A DNA stretch of 64,000 bases from positions 77,686,001 to 77,750,000 of the forward strand of contig CM126215.1 of the NCBI GenBank assembly GCA_052327205.1. Reading direction: 5' to 3'. Positions 25,101-40,100 of this stretch are shown here, in pieces. The notes under the pieces are model-generated. The model was not told the origin of the DNA. It ran no database searches and saw only the letters and a program-made list of their open reading frames with translations. The stretch's first letter is position 1, and every line of letters begins with the position of its first letter. This DNA is from Somniosus microcephalus. Lineage: Eukaryota. The position numbers and the translations under genes are program-made.

Positions 25101-28100
25101 GCAGGTCCATATTGTTACTTTACTTTGAGTGTCTCCACTAGGAATCCTTTCAAAAATCAATCCATTACAAGTTTTAATTTAAATCTTTCTGCATGATGTT
25201 TGAATATTTTTTGTTTAAATGGTGACAAATCAGAGAATGACTTGGAGCTTTTGCTTCATTTGTCACATTGGAGCTTAATGTCTCATTAACCTGGCCCTTT
25301 TAGGAGATAAGTCTAGATTTCCATTCATTTTCAGCAATTTTCTGAGGATTTAGAATATAAAAGTAGAACTACACCCTTTTTAAACTTTTAGCTGCAAAGA
25401 ATTCTGAGATACTTGTTTACTGATGGTGCACCAGTCTCTTTAAGGTTGCCAAGAGAATGGAGAGTGTATGCTGAGCCATTCTACACGTCAATTCATGATT
25501 TTATATTTCAGAATTTCAAATAATCGATTCTTCCTTCCCCATTCTCCCACAGGAATGTTGGGTTGGGCATTTGTTCCATGTCTTCTAGAATTGGAGGAAT
25601 CCTTGCACCCTTCGTTCCATCACTGGTTAGTGTGCAGTCCCCTTCTCTTGTAACTTTTTTCCCCTCTCTCTTTCCTGCACCCTTGGGTGATGCTGTTAAC
25701 GGGTACTATACTTTGTTTACATTTTATTTAATTTATATAACCTCATCTCTTTGCTTTGCAGTAAATCTATTTAATCAGTAAATAACATTTAATGTTAATG
25801 AAATCTGAGGTGTGCTTGGACACTTATTTACGTTAACGGTATAAGTGCAAGTTATTGTTGATGAATCTCCTGAGTGACAGCTCTCCTATGTTTGTATTTG
25901 TAGTTTTGCCATGCATTTTGTGCAGCACAGTAGTGTGATATTCTCTGGTGACAGACAAATGTGACTGACTACAAATGTGACTGTTTTCAACAGTGAGAAA
26001 ACCATTATTTTTCAAACTCTATTTTCTATCTAATTAAATTAAGAACTAAATATTGAAACCGTGCCTTGTGTATCAAATGTAAATGGCATTGGAGCCTGCC
26101 GATTTTCCTTTAGCTGGACAATGGGAAGCTAGCCTTGGTGCATTGAAAGTCATTTTGGCTCCACTAAACTATTAGATGAAAACAGAATGCTGGGGATATA
26201 TTTCTGCATCAAAATATTTTCTAGTTACTATTTTTTTCTACTTTTATAATATGCAGACTTAAAAATTCTGAAAATGAATAGCAATCTAGAGCTTTCTGCT
26301 CTTGAAGGCAAGTATTGGAATTGTATTTGCAATTGTTAAAATTCAATTTCTGTCTACAGCTGTCTGCTTCAACCTCTCTCGTCGCCCTCCCCTCCAACAA
26401 CTGCAAGGAGCTCATACACTCAGTCTTTGTGACAAACAATTCTATCTGCTAAGCTGGCTCTGTTGTTTTCCTCTTCTAATTGCCCACAAAGCCAAATCTT
26501 TCTCCAGGCTCTTCCTGGCTCTAGCCTGAACCCACATCTCTAGCTTCTCTCCCATCTCCCCCTCTATGCCTCTTTGAGCTCATCTTGTCCATGAGCCCCA
26601 ACCACCACCTCCTCAAACTGCTGACCATCCAATTTCCCATTCCAGCTGACATTCTAAATGTACCCTTTCCTTGGGCACTGCCCACCTTCCTTTCAAAATT
26701 GCCATCATTACCCACCCTCAATCCGCTCCTTGCAAACTACCGCCCTATCTCCTACCCCTCTCTCTTTTTGCTCCCAAATCCTTCAATGTGTTGTCACCAC
26801 TCACCTTTTCTTGCAACTCCCTATTTGAATTTCTCCAATCGGGTTTCCACTCCTGCCGCAGTGCTGGACCACCCTAGCCAAAGTCCTAAACAACATTGAC
26901 TGACACCGATGCATTATCCCTTTTCTAATCTCATTGGTGATGCTTCTGTCTTTGACACACTTGACCACACCATCCTTCTACAATGCCTCTTCTCCGTTAT
27001 CCCACTCATAGGACTGTCCTCAAAGCAAGCGGCTTGTAAAATTGGCGAGCTCTCTGTGGAGGGAGGCACAACAGATGGCAACAGCTCGTATAAATAATGT
27101 CCAAGGCCATATTGCAGGCCAGCCCCTGTCTTCCCTGTTGGGGTGCATGCTGTCTGCACGCCAGTGGCTATGTACCTGAAAACGGACCATAGCCAATTTC
27201 TCTGCCAAAGTCCTCACATGTTGTTAGATAATTATGTTGGTGATAAAGTTGATGAACAGCCTGCCTCTTGTCCCTTATTATTGCAACTTTTGTCACTTGC
27301 CTTTTCTGTCCTACACACCAGCTTGGTGACTTTCACCTGGGCAAATGTAGTGGAAATGCAGATATTGAACTAGGTGACTGAGCACGAGGAAGCTGTAAGA
27401 ATGGGGAGTGTTTGAGCATCGAGGAGGAGGCATTGGACTCTGGTCTCATGGGTGATGCTGTGCTATGAAAAGAATGTTTAATGAAGATCAAAATTATATG
27501 CAAGCACTGAGCTTGTTTACAAGGATGTGTGTGACATATAGGAACACGTTCCTCTGATTAAAATATGTATCCAGTTTTCTCTTGATTCCATTGCAAAGCA
27601 TTTCAAGCCTGCTTGTAAGGAAATTTCTTGTCTAACTTCTCTCCTCGCTCTTTTAGTGACTATTTTAAATTGATGACCCTTTGTCACTGACTCCTCAACC
27701 ACAGGAAATAGTTTTTCCCTATTCACTAGCAAACCCCTTCATAATTTAAAAAAAACGTATTAAATCTCCTGTTCGTCTCTGCTCCAGTGGAAATGGTCCA
27801 GGATCTCCAGTCTCCTCAACAATTTACCATCCCTGGCATCGGATGTGATGGGATAAATGGCTGCCTTCTGTGCTGTACAAATCTATGATTCTTTACATTA
27901 TGGACTGCAGTAGTGTCATGGTTGTTATTGGACTAGCAATCCAGAGGCCTGGACTAATAAACCAGATAACATAAATTCAAATCCCACTATGGCTATTTGA
28001 GAATTTAAATTCGGTTCAAAAATGGCATGTTTACTAGCAAAAGCTGTTTAGAAGAGTGCTCTGCTTGTGTCTCGAGGCATAATGGATGAGGCATCAAGTG

Positions 28101-31100
28101 GTTCCAAAATTACCTTGGCAGACTCCAACGAAGTATGTTTGAAGTATAGTCACTGTAATGTAGGAAGCACGGCAGCCAAGTTGCACACTGCAAGATCCCA
28201 CAAACAGCAATGACCAGATAATCTGTTAGTGATGTTCATTGATAAATATTGGCCAGGACACTGGGGATAACTCCCCTGCTCTTCTTCAAAATCGTGCCAT
28301 GAGATCTTTTGCGCCCACCAGAGGGGGCCTCGGTTTAACATCTCATCCGAAAGACTGCATCTCCGACAGTGCTGCACTCCCTCAGTACTGCACTGGAGCA
28401 TCAGCCTAGATGTTGTGTTCCAGTCTCTGGAGTGGGGCTTGAACCCACAACCTTCTGACTCCGGCAAAGAATGCTATCACTGAGCCGCTGCACCCAAATG
28501 GTCTGTTCAATTAGGAGAATCCTAGCCAAGCGAATTCTTTGTTTGGGCGCCCAAACAAGCATTCTAATAGCATGACTTGGATAGAGAATCAAGGGTAGGA
28601 ACCCAACAATTTTTTTTTTTTCTCTACTCAAGCTTTGGGACACGAAGGCCAAAATGTAGTCCTCCCCTATCGCTGACTCTTCCCAGATTGTCCTAATCCG
28701 TGTGGCTCAACCACATGTGAATTGAGCCATTTGGGTGCTATTGGTTGATTTTGCATTGTTATTAACTGCACGCTGCTAGTTTCAACAATGAGCATTATAA
28801 AAAATACTGTGTAGTTAGCTTTCAAATACTTCCTCCAGCACAACTTTAATTAATTTATATAGCTTTCCAATTTGTTTGCAATAAGTTGATAAACTTGGTA
28901 TGCTGTGAGGGAGGAAAGTGAACAGAAAATTCTGAGTGTTTTTGATTGGCAAACTTATTCACCTATCAAACAGTTACCTCCAGACACACCAACAAAATGT
29001 GTTCTTCAGTAGAGTCAGTCATCAAATTTGTTGCCAATGATTTGAGTTTCCACTGCAAGACGTTTTGGAAAGGTGGATATAAAGCAGCATGTAGGTGTGT
29101 ATGTGTGAATTTGGTTTGGAGCTTAAATGACAACAGATTAATGTTTGTTCCTATTAATCCATTGTCTGAAAAAATAACTCCCACACCTACATTAATGTGG
29201 CCCTGTGTTGGTGAGAAATAATGCCCCATTGGCTATGATTAATCACATTAATTCCCTGTTGGAGTATGTCTTTTCAGATAGTCTAATTGTACAGACCTTT
29301 ACCTCCTAAAAGAACCAAGAAAACCTGTAACATGATGCTCTGGATAGCTATTTCAAAGGTGAATTGCAGTGCTGAAAGTGTGTGGGACTATTTTTCATTG
29401 TGATCAATGAATAGAAGGAAAGTAAATTTGCTGATGTATCTTTTTGAAGTAAAGTGTTAATATGGCTCTAACAGGTTTTTAACAATTTGCTTAATTGTGC
29501 AAGGCATTTCCAATGAGATGAATAGGGTCTTCTACAAATGTCATTCCTCAGCCAATGTGGCAAAAGAACTCTTCTGATGAGTGGTCACTGACCATGCATA
29601 TGTTCACACTGTTGGAATAGCAGCTGATACACTCAAATAAAAGGTTTTGTGTTGAGAATTTGGTCATACACAAACTTTTACTTCTTTCAAAGTACCAAAA
29701 GGCATCCTTAACAACATCCTGTTTATTTTTTGATTTCCCCCAACCTCTCCTCGTAAAACATTTATTAAGCATAGCAGCATCAGGTGACTGGTTTTTGTTC
29801 TTCAAAAAGTTTCTTCTCTTTAGAACAATATTGTCGTACTGGTACGTTTCCAGAATTCTGTGTGGGGTGGGGGAGGAGGGGGAAAAGGGAAATTATCTTC
29901 ACAGCTGGATGAGTGTATACCATGTAGTATACTTCACACTATCCTCTGAAACAAGTGATATCCTTTCTAATGAAGAAATTCTACATGAAAATACCATATT
30001 AGTTTGCAAAACTGCTTGACAATGGGTAGCTGTGTGCAAAACTTTGCAAAGTGCCATATTCAGCAACTGCAGTACAAGAATGGAGGTTAAAATATTGCAT
30101 TTAGAATGCTTCATACAAGGTTTCCTGAGCTAGAAAGAAAGAGAATTTGCATGTATGTAGCATCTTTCATGTCCTCAGGATGTCTCAAAGAACTTTACAA
30201 CCAATGGATTACTTTTGAACTGCAGTATCTGTTGTTACTCCCACTTGGAACTGTAGCTGAAATGGAGACGATAAATGAAAAATGACTCTTTACAAGCTAG
30301 ATGAATGGTCTTTAAGTTTGAATGAAGGTGAAGTGAAAGAAGGAAGTAACTTGAGTAAGACCCTTAATTACTGGGACTTTGGTAGTTTTGAGCTAAATAA
30401 AATGTGCAATGGATCCAAGGCTAATTGATATTGCTGGTTTAGTTTTGTCATCCTATAATATAGTAACAACTTGCATTTATATAGCGCCTTTAATGTAGAA
30501 AAAATCCCACAGTGCTTAAAACCAAATCTCTTTTCTACTTTTAAGTGGAAAGAAGAGCACTGCAACCACTGACCCCCAAACTGAGAGCTTGAACTGGCAA
30601 ATTTCCTTTTGATTTCCAAGTTTGAACTGAGAGCATAATTAGGACAGTTAAAGGAGCTATTCATACAGTATATAGCCAGGTACACTAATCTGGCAACCCT
30701 GGAACCAAATTCAAGTTTTAAATCCCAATTCAGATGAAGGCTATTTGGTGTAGTGACTGTCAAAACATAATACTTTCTGACAGCAACACAAACTAGTACA
30801 AAATCTTTGGATTTGTAACCAATAAACTGCAACAGCCAGATTTAAATGGTCATCATTAAAGCTGTATCCTTGTCATGGGAATCATGAATCCCATGATTTG
30901 AATTATTTTCAAAAGTCTTGGAGTACTTTCTTTAGTTAGTGTCACTTTTGCCAAGCTCTCCCCTCCGCAGTGAGTTCCAGTCATGCTGCTTCTCTTTACC
31001 CCATCTACCTCTGCTCAAATGAAGCTGCTTGTCTCCCCATGCCCACAATTGCAGAGACAAAGCAGGAGAGGGGTTGGGGCACCGGAGACACCAGTCTTTC

Positions 31101-34100
31101 TGATGTTGGGGCACCGGAGACACCTGATGTTCTGATCGTCTTTCTGATGTCAGACTTTGAATCTGGCAATTTCTCTCTGGGTACTCCCAAGATATGTGTG
31201 TTGGGAATTGGGGCCCCTACTAGCCCACTATGGGCAATGTAAAAGCAGCTTAATATGTTGGGGCGGAGTCGATGTAGGCTGCAAAAACTGCATTGGCCCC
31301 ATATTCAGCAGGAGGAGTCAGCCTTCCCACAGCCAGAATAAAATGCCAGCATGTGGATCCAACACCACTGCTGCATGTGTTTGTCATCAGTGATGCAAGA
31401 AATTATCTTGCGGTAAGCTTCTATGCTCCGAGTCACAAGTGTCACGGTGTTTATAATGCAGTGCTTTTGCTCGAGTTGGGGCTGCCTCTGATGGCAGCAC
31501 TATAATGGCCCGTAACTTGCGGTCAGCGGCGACGCAAAGGTGTTCACCGCTGGCCTCGAAGTATGCTTCCCACAAAGATCTCTCGATCTCTGTGGCGAGA
31601 AGTTTGGCTTTTCCAATGTTCAGTTGAGATGTTAATGAGGAATTCTTACTGTGAGCTGCTGTGTTGTCAACAAGCTGTCTAAGCGGCCAATCACCGTGCA
31701 GAATTCTCGCAGACTGAGAGCCAGGAAGTGAATAAGCTCCTTTTATTCTAACTTTTTAGAGAGCAAAACAGAGATTGGAGCTCTTGCATGGGGAAAAGGT
31801 AAACCTGAGTTTTTTTTTAAACTTTCAGAATAAAGTTTTTTGAAAAGTTTTGTAATTGTAATTTTTATTAAAGGGGATAAATTTGACACCACAAAATTAA
31901 AGTCTGATTTTTTTTCAGGGCCGCGACATTTGTTTAGCAGTCAATACGCTGTTGAAATCCCAGGTGCACCTAATCCAACAAGGTCTAACTTTTAATGGGA
32001 ATTTAACAGCGATATTACTGCGGAAAAGCCAAAAATTTTGTCCGTTTCACTGATTCCCCTGATTACACTGATTGCTGGCTATGGGCGGGTAGGGGGGGTG
32101 GGGGCACTGCACAGCCCAGCCAGTGTCGGAGCAGTGAATGACCGCAACTTCAGGAATTCCGCGTTCGGATGCGCATGCGTGAAATCCTGAAGTTGTGGTC
32201 CGTTTCAAAAAGGTTCGTAACAGCAATCGAACGTGTTTGCAGTTATTGCCCACCGCAAATTCCGGGCCAAAAATGCAGCAGCATAAGAAGATTGAATAGT
32301 TTGCATGGGTTTAATTGTAGATTGTATTAAGTTTACTTGTTTTGTTGTGCTGACCAAAATTGCAGTGTGGTTTCTACAAGTGAGATTTATTTAGTCTATA
32401 GAGTTTTAAAGTTATTTATTGCAGATCTTTAAATCTAATGACAAGTTTTCTGGAATGGTTTTTGGTATAGTTAAGTGCAATATGATTTACCCCTCCATTT
32501 TCAGTGCTTTCACAGTAAACATTTTTTTTAAAAGCTTTTGTGTGACTACATTTTTGTACAACGTATTTTATGTTCTTTTGGGTAAGGTGATGCAAATATT
32601 TTCAATACTTGGTTTAGATTATTTGTATTTTTCATGTTCACATCTAAATAGCTGATGGGAAAACTAGTTATAAAGGCATTTATTTATTTACCTTATGTAA
32701 CTGACTTAATCTCATTCAATTTGAGGCACTGTATAGTTTTACTAATGGATCGTAATACACTAGTAAGGCTCTTTTAAATATAACAATTACAGAAAAATGA
32801 CTTGTCGTGGGGGGAAATGTTCATTTTTTTAATTCCAATATTGATTTCACCCTTCCCATTGAAAGTAGAGATTGTTCCTGGAGCAACTTTTTTCAGATGC
32901 CATTTAGGTATGAATACAAATGTTGTGGGTAACTGGTCTCTGAAATTGTCACGCTGAGCATTTTCCCAGTATTGTCAACTCTTGGCATATTCTTGAACAC
33001 ATTAGAAGTGCCAGTGCAGATTTAAATCAAAAATCTTTCAAACTGTGGCTAGCTAAGTTAATTTGCTAGGTGAAAACCAAAGATCCTACTGGTGCTCTAC
33101 TTCGACACCCTGTTGTTCATGTACTACAGGAGTATGTTCAACTGAGACGGAACAAGGGAAATGCTGACTGGTGATTGTGGCTGCTAATTTGTTTGCCCTG
33201 AACTAGTAACTGACACACAACCAAGGAAAGCATTCAGATGACGTTGTGATCCTGTGCTGCTGGAAAATGTGATGCATTAGCAGAACCGTTGTTCTTTCCC
33301 CACCTCCAAGCACTTAAATGGTCAGAAATCTCAATGCCTTATAAGCTATTGAACAAAAGCATAAGCTTAGAAGTGTGGAGACTTCTTTCTGGTCATTGTT
33401 GAGCTTTAAACATTACTTTTTATATTTTGGGGGGGGGGCGGCGGGGCGTGTCAAACAATGGCAGCCTTGGATCAGAGGCTCAATTCTAGTATTTGAGTGG
33501 CATGGGGGAGGAGAGAAGTGTCGTGAAAGAATTTTACTGGGAATGTTCAGAACATATGCTCCAGTTTATATCTGAAACATTGTGGAATAACTTGAATTAA
33601 AAGTATGAATTATCCAAACATGAGATTATTTCCACACACAGCTTATTAATTTGGATGAAACTTGCCTATTCTAAATCCTTTAAATTATGGTTATAACCAC
33701 AGGATGTTCATGTATGTGCAATAGAAAAACCTCTCCAGGGCACTTAATTATTGCCTTAAACAGCTAATCCTTGGGCTGTAAGTAAATGCAGGTTTGAGTT
33801 GTGTTCATTGTTGCTGAAATGGAGTTTGTTTTGTTCAACATTAGAATTCTCAATGAAAAATTAATTTTAGAATAGAGTCCTGTAGTTGGAAAAAAATTAC
33901 ATTTCTGTCCATTTCACAGTACATTAATACTTCAATACATTTCAGAATTTTAATTTCCTGTCACAAGTGTGGTCCTTTAAAATCACATTCTATATTGATA
34001 AGTCAGACCCCAAAACACTTTTTCTGTGAACTGCATGTATCAGTTTTGTCATTTTTGGCAATCTGTTGGGTCAAATTTGCAATCATGGAATGTACAGCAC

Positions 34101-37100
34101 TGAATCAGACTATTCAGCTCATTAAATTTATACCTGTGTTTTTCCCCACTCTCCTATTCACTCCCTATATCTTTTTTTTTATTCCTTTTTCAAGCAACTA
34201 TCTAATTACCTTTTTAAAACAATGGTTTGAGACAGAGAATTTCAAATTCTAACTATTCTGTATAAAGACAATTTTCGAAATTCTATTTTTGATCATATTA
34301 AAATTGCACCCACTCTGTACACTCAGTTTGGGGGGGGGGGGTGGTGTGGAATCCATTACTTTATCTTAATTTTACTGATGCAGTTGTCATGAAGATTGCA
34401 GATAATTGACATTGAGGGGGAAATGTTTCCTATTTCATATGACAGGTTTCGGATCCATCCTGTTTCAAATTCTACCAATTACACCTTTTCATGTGGCTTC
34501 TCTTGTTTGATTTTAAATATATAGAGAGCACATTGTGGTGACTTTTAAACTAATGAATGGAAACTGTCTGTCTTCATGACCACCAGTTTGAACTGTTAAT
34601 TGCGAGTAAGCAATGTTTGTATGAGAGCAGATTACATTGTGCTGGCTCGGATTTTCCGGGCATGACTGCGTATGCGGCTGTAAGTGCCCTGCAAATTCCG
34701 GGTTTATGAACTGGAAGTTCCAGGTTTATGCATGTGCGAAAACCTGGAACTTGCAATCTGTCAGAATCTTCCGCATCCCCAGGAAATGGACATTTGCTGG
34801 CGGAGAGTTGGGCTATTTGCCCAGCTACTGCCCAGTGAATGCCCGTGAAACTCTTATGCCTGGTAAAAGCAGGCGAAGAGCCTTTTGCCAGCGTAAGAGT
34901 TTAAATAAATATTACAATTTTAAAAATTATTCGAACATAAAAAAAACTTGAAAATTAGTTGGGTTATTTTTAGCCCCTTAAACATTTAAATTTTTTTCAA
35001 TTTAATTTTTGTTCCATGTTTAATGAAATTGTATTAATTTTAAATGTAATTTTTTATTTCAAGGTTGTGTACATGTATATTTTGGGTGATTCCTATTAAA
35101 CTTATGGGGATTCCTTACGTAAATGGAATCCCCATAAGCATAATGGGGATCCCCTGTTCTCGTGGGTTGGCCCACGTGATCCCAGGGACGTTTGCGAACC
35201 ACATGGGCCCCGGGATACATGGGCCTCTATGAATGCGTGCATGTAGAGGCCCAGGAGCGGCAGTCTCCGTGGATCCAGGACCATCAGGTAGGTTCGTAGT
35301 TTTTATTGCAGTTTGGCGGCATCTACCCACAGGAAGCCTCCAACCGCAAATTCAGGCCCATTGTGTCAGCAGCAGGATTTCTTGAGTAACTTAGATGCTA
35401 GGTGACACTAACCAATAATCTAATTTTGATTGACCATTCTCAATTCAGAGGAAGATCAGACTGGGAGTAAATATGACTGCTGCTAATGATTACTTTACTT
35501 CATATGCTTCAACTGTTAAGCTCTGTCTGTGGTGAGCATGAAGTCCATTGTGCTTTGAGCCCATATTTAGCATATAATGTCAAAAGAATTTTGAGAATAG
35601 GACTTCAAGAATTTTGAAATGATTCATTATGTTGGACTCTGAAAACAGATTAATGTACCTAAAGTATTGAATTGTAATCTTGCACAGAAATAGGCCATTT
35701 GGCCCAACAGGTCTATGTGGGTGTTTATGCTCCACACAAGCCTCCTCCCACCTTACTTCATCTAATGCTATCAGCATATCCTCCTCATTCGTTTCTCCCT
35801 TCTGTACTTATCTAGCTTCCCATTAAATGCATCTGTGGTATTCGCCTTAACTACTCCTTGTGGTAGTATATTCCGCATGCTTACCGCTCTCTGGGTAAAT
35901 AAGTCATCGGTGTAAGTTTACTTCTTACAATAAATTAGTAGTTTAGTCTGAACTATAAAGCTGTCAGTGTGATTTTTTTTTTTTTTTTTTTTTCCCCCCC
36001 CACTGATTCAGAGGCCAGGAGTGTACAGTGGCATCCCATAGTACTTCCACTGCATACCCCACAGTATGAAGGTTCATTGTTCACCTTCCAGCCAGTTATG
36101 AGATTTTATGTATAACGCTGGGAGATACAAAGTTTTAGAAACATATGAGAGGAGCAGGAGTAGGCCATTCGGCCCCTCGAGCCTGCTCCGCCATTCAATG
36201 TGATCATGGCTGATCATCCAAATTCAGTATGCTGTCCCTGCTTTCTCCCCATATTCCTTGATCCCCTTAGCCTTAAGAAATATATCTAACTCCTTCTTGA
36301 ATATATTTAATGAATTGGCCTCAACTGTCTTCTGTGGTAGAGAATTCAACAGGTTCACCACTCTCTCGGTGAAGAAATTCCTCCTCATCTCAGTCCTAAA
36401 TGGCTTACCCCTTATCCTTAGACTGTGACCCCTGGTTCTGGACTCCCCTGCCATCGGGAACATCCTTCCTGCATCTAGTGTGTCTAGTCCTGTTAGAATT
36501 TTATAAGTTTCAATGAGATCCCCTCTCATTCTTCTAAACTCTAGTGAATATAAGCCTAATCGACCCAATCTCTCTCCATACGTCATTCCTGCCATCCCAG
36601 GTATCAGTCTGGTGAATCTTCGCTGCACTCCCTCCATGGCAAGAACATCCTTCCTCTGATACGGCGACCAAAACTGCACACAATACTCTCTGGTCTCACA
36701 TCCTTGTTCCTGTACTCGAAACTGCTCGCTATGAAGGCCAGCATACTATTTGCCTTCTTAACCGCCTGCTGCATCTGCATGCTTACCTTCAGCGACTGCT
36801 GCACAAGGACACCCAGGTCTCGTTGCACTTCCCCTTTTCCCAATCTATTGCCGTTCAGATGATCTGCCTTCCTGTTTTTGCCACCAAAGTGGATAACCTC
36901 GCACTTATCCACATTATACTGCATCTGCCCAATCGCCCAACCTGTCCAAATCATACTGGAGTTTCTCTGCATCCTCCTCACAGCACACGCCCACCCAGCT
37001 TTGTGTCATCTGCAAACTTGGAGATATTACATCTAGTCCCCTCATCCAGATCATTAATATATATTGTGAATAACTGGGGTCCTAGCACCAATCCCTGCAG

Positions 37101-40100
37101 TACCCCACTAGTCACTGCCTTCCACTTGGAAAAAGACCTGTTTATTCCAACTCTTTGCTTCCTGTCTGCCAACCAGTTCTTTATCCAAGTCAGTACCTTA
37201 CCCCCAATCCCATGTGGTTTAACTTTGCATGCTAGTCTCTTATGCGGGACCTTATTGAAAGCCTTCTGAAAGTCCAAATACACCACATCCACTGGTTCTC
37301 CCATATCTATTCTACCAGTTACATCCTCAAAAGATTCCAGTAAATTAGTCGAGCATGATTTACCCTGTAAATCCATGTTGACTTTGTCTGATCCTGTCAC
37401 TGTTTTCCCAAGTGCTCTGCTATTGCGTCTTTTATAATGGACTCTAACATTTTCCCCACTACTGATGTCAGGCTTACCGGTCTATAATTCCCTGTTTTTT
37501 CTCTACCACCTTTTTTTTAAATAGTGGGGTTACATTAGCTACCCTCCAATCCATGGGAACTGTTCCAGAGTCTATAGAATTTTGGAAGATGACTAGCAAT
37601 GCATCTACTATTTCTAGGGCCACTTCCTTAAGTACCCTAGGATGTAGATTATCAGGCCCTGGGGATTTATCAGCCTTCAATCCTGTCAATTTCCCTAACA
37701 CCATTTCCCTACAAATACTGATTTCATTCAGTTCCTCCCCCAGAACCGGTTCCAATGTCCCAGGAATTTGAATCCCTCCCCCTTGCACCATTTCTTCTAG
37801 CCACGTATTCATCTGAAATATCCTTATTTCTACTCTGGCCAGCATGTGGCGCTGGTAACAATCCTGAGGTTACTACCTTTTGAGGTCCTAATTTTTTTAA
37901 ATTTACCTCCTAACTCCCTATATTCAGCTTTTAGGACCTCATCCCATTTTTTACCTATCACGTTGGTACCTTTTATGCACCACGACAACTGGCTGTTCAC
38001 CCTCTCCCTCCAGAATGCCCTGCAGCTGCTCTGAGACATCCTTGACCCTTGCACCAGGGAGGCAACATACCATCCTGGAGTCTCGTTTGGTTCATATAAT
38101 GTATGGGCTTTCCTGTGGAAGCTGAACTTTATGGAAAGCATTAATAAGTAGTATTGGGAAATAGCCCAACTTGCAACACTACTTTTATTTAAACATGGGC
38201 AATATTAAGTGACTCCATTCCTTAAACTTCATTCTTGTCTCTTAAAGGCTTAGTTTTATGATCTTAAACAACATTAAATAAATGGTTGCATGATAACTGC
38301 AATTGGTTTAAGAATGTTGCATTCTGGAATACTTGGGCTCTTTGCCCACATATATCTGCAGTCCTTGATGTAATGGAGTTAATTTATTTTTGGATTCAAT
38401 GCTTTAGCTTAAACTTAGTTTAATATTCCTACAGAACAACATTGGTTAACTTTCTGTTGTGAAAATTAATTTTTTAATGCAAGTAAAATTGAATTTTTTA
38501 AGTGTTCTCTAGGGTTTGTTACCTAGTGTAATTCACCTTTGACAAGTACTTTTTAAAATTTCCTGATAGCTGAGTAAGTAAATCTACTGCATTGTGTTGT
38601 TGAGCCATATAGTCCAGGAAGATGATGATCTGTTGGAATGCGAATATGGTGCTTTAATTGACCAAAAGTGCCCCTTTTTTGAAAAATCAGCTAGAAATCT
38701 GCTCAATTGTTATCAAGTGCCCCCTACCTTCAACACACTGGAAAATGTGCTTGCAGGGAAATAGGATCAGGCTCCACTACTGTCATCTGCCTGTTTTCCT
38801 CTTTTTTTTCTTTCTTCTTTCTTCACCCCCCGCCCCCCAACCCCCCACCCATCATCTCCTAGACATGTAGAGCTGGAATTTCCGGCGGGGGGTTGGGCAG
38901 GGTCAGTGGGTGTGATCGGTGGCTGGTCCGGTGGGAAAGTTTTTTTTCCCCCAGTGGGTTGGGACCCCGCTGCCACAGGCCTTTCCCCAATGTCTGGTTT
39001 GTCCACGCTGAGCAGACCCGACACGCAGACTTTGTTTCAGACCTTGTTTAGAGATGATTAAGAACACATTTGAGCTCACCTTTTGATTTTTACGTGCTCG
39101 CCATGGGAATTACGTCTGTTAAGCTGAGGCAGGAGTTCAGTGGCCATTGAATCAGCTGTTGAGTTGACAACTTCAAATGTCAAGTAAAAGCTCCCACCTT
39201 AGACATCTTACCTCAGCCTTTCCACAACAGATTCACCATGCTGCAAGTCTTTACACAAGTCTCCATCCAGCCTGACCTCATTACCTCTCTCACCATTGAC
39301 AGATCGCTTCTGTCATCTCTACTTCATCTGCCATCTATTCCATACTCTCTCCTTGGTCCTCAGAATCCCACCACAATCCGCAGCACCAGGCACACCAGCA
39401 GCACCAACACCACCAACCTTCTCTGCAATCAACTGATGCTACACGGCATCAGCACCCAAGCACATTACTGCCAAGGATGGCCTCACTATGGCCAGATTTA
39501 CTTCGCTTGACGCTGTACACCCTGGCTGCCACATGATGTGCCAGGTTGGCATCACCCCACACCAACCCCATAAAAAATTCCTACAATGCCCAAGCCATTC
39601 CTTTCACACTCCTCAGCATTGTGGGGGGGTACTGTTGTTTCACCATTCACTGCAACTCACTAAGCCACTTCCAAAGGTGTGCACAAATCTGTCCAAGAAC
39701 ACTATTGAAAATAAAGATTTCAATGTATGACACCACATTAACACAAACTTTACATGAACATTGCATAAAACACCAACCAAGTGCCTACCCTTGTCTGTTG
39801 GTTGGTATGATTGGACTAGGACGAGTGTGAGGGGTGGCTCATGAGATGGGGATGTGATCATGTAAATAGTGATGGGTGGAGGTCCAACGTAAATTGGTGT
39901 GAGTAAGGATGGGTAGGGAAGGCAGTGATGGGGATGTGATGAGAGGCACAGTAGGATGAAGTGGATTGTGGCTTTGTACTAATGTTTTGTGATCTACTGA
40001 GATCATTAAAACATTTGCAGCACTCAACCCAGGTCCTCATGACCACAACCCTGCTTGTGCCCTCCTCTGCAATGTGCAACCAGGCTATATTGATCTCCTG

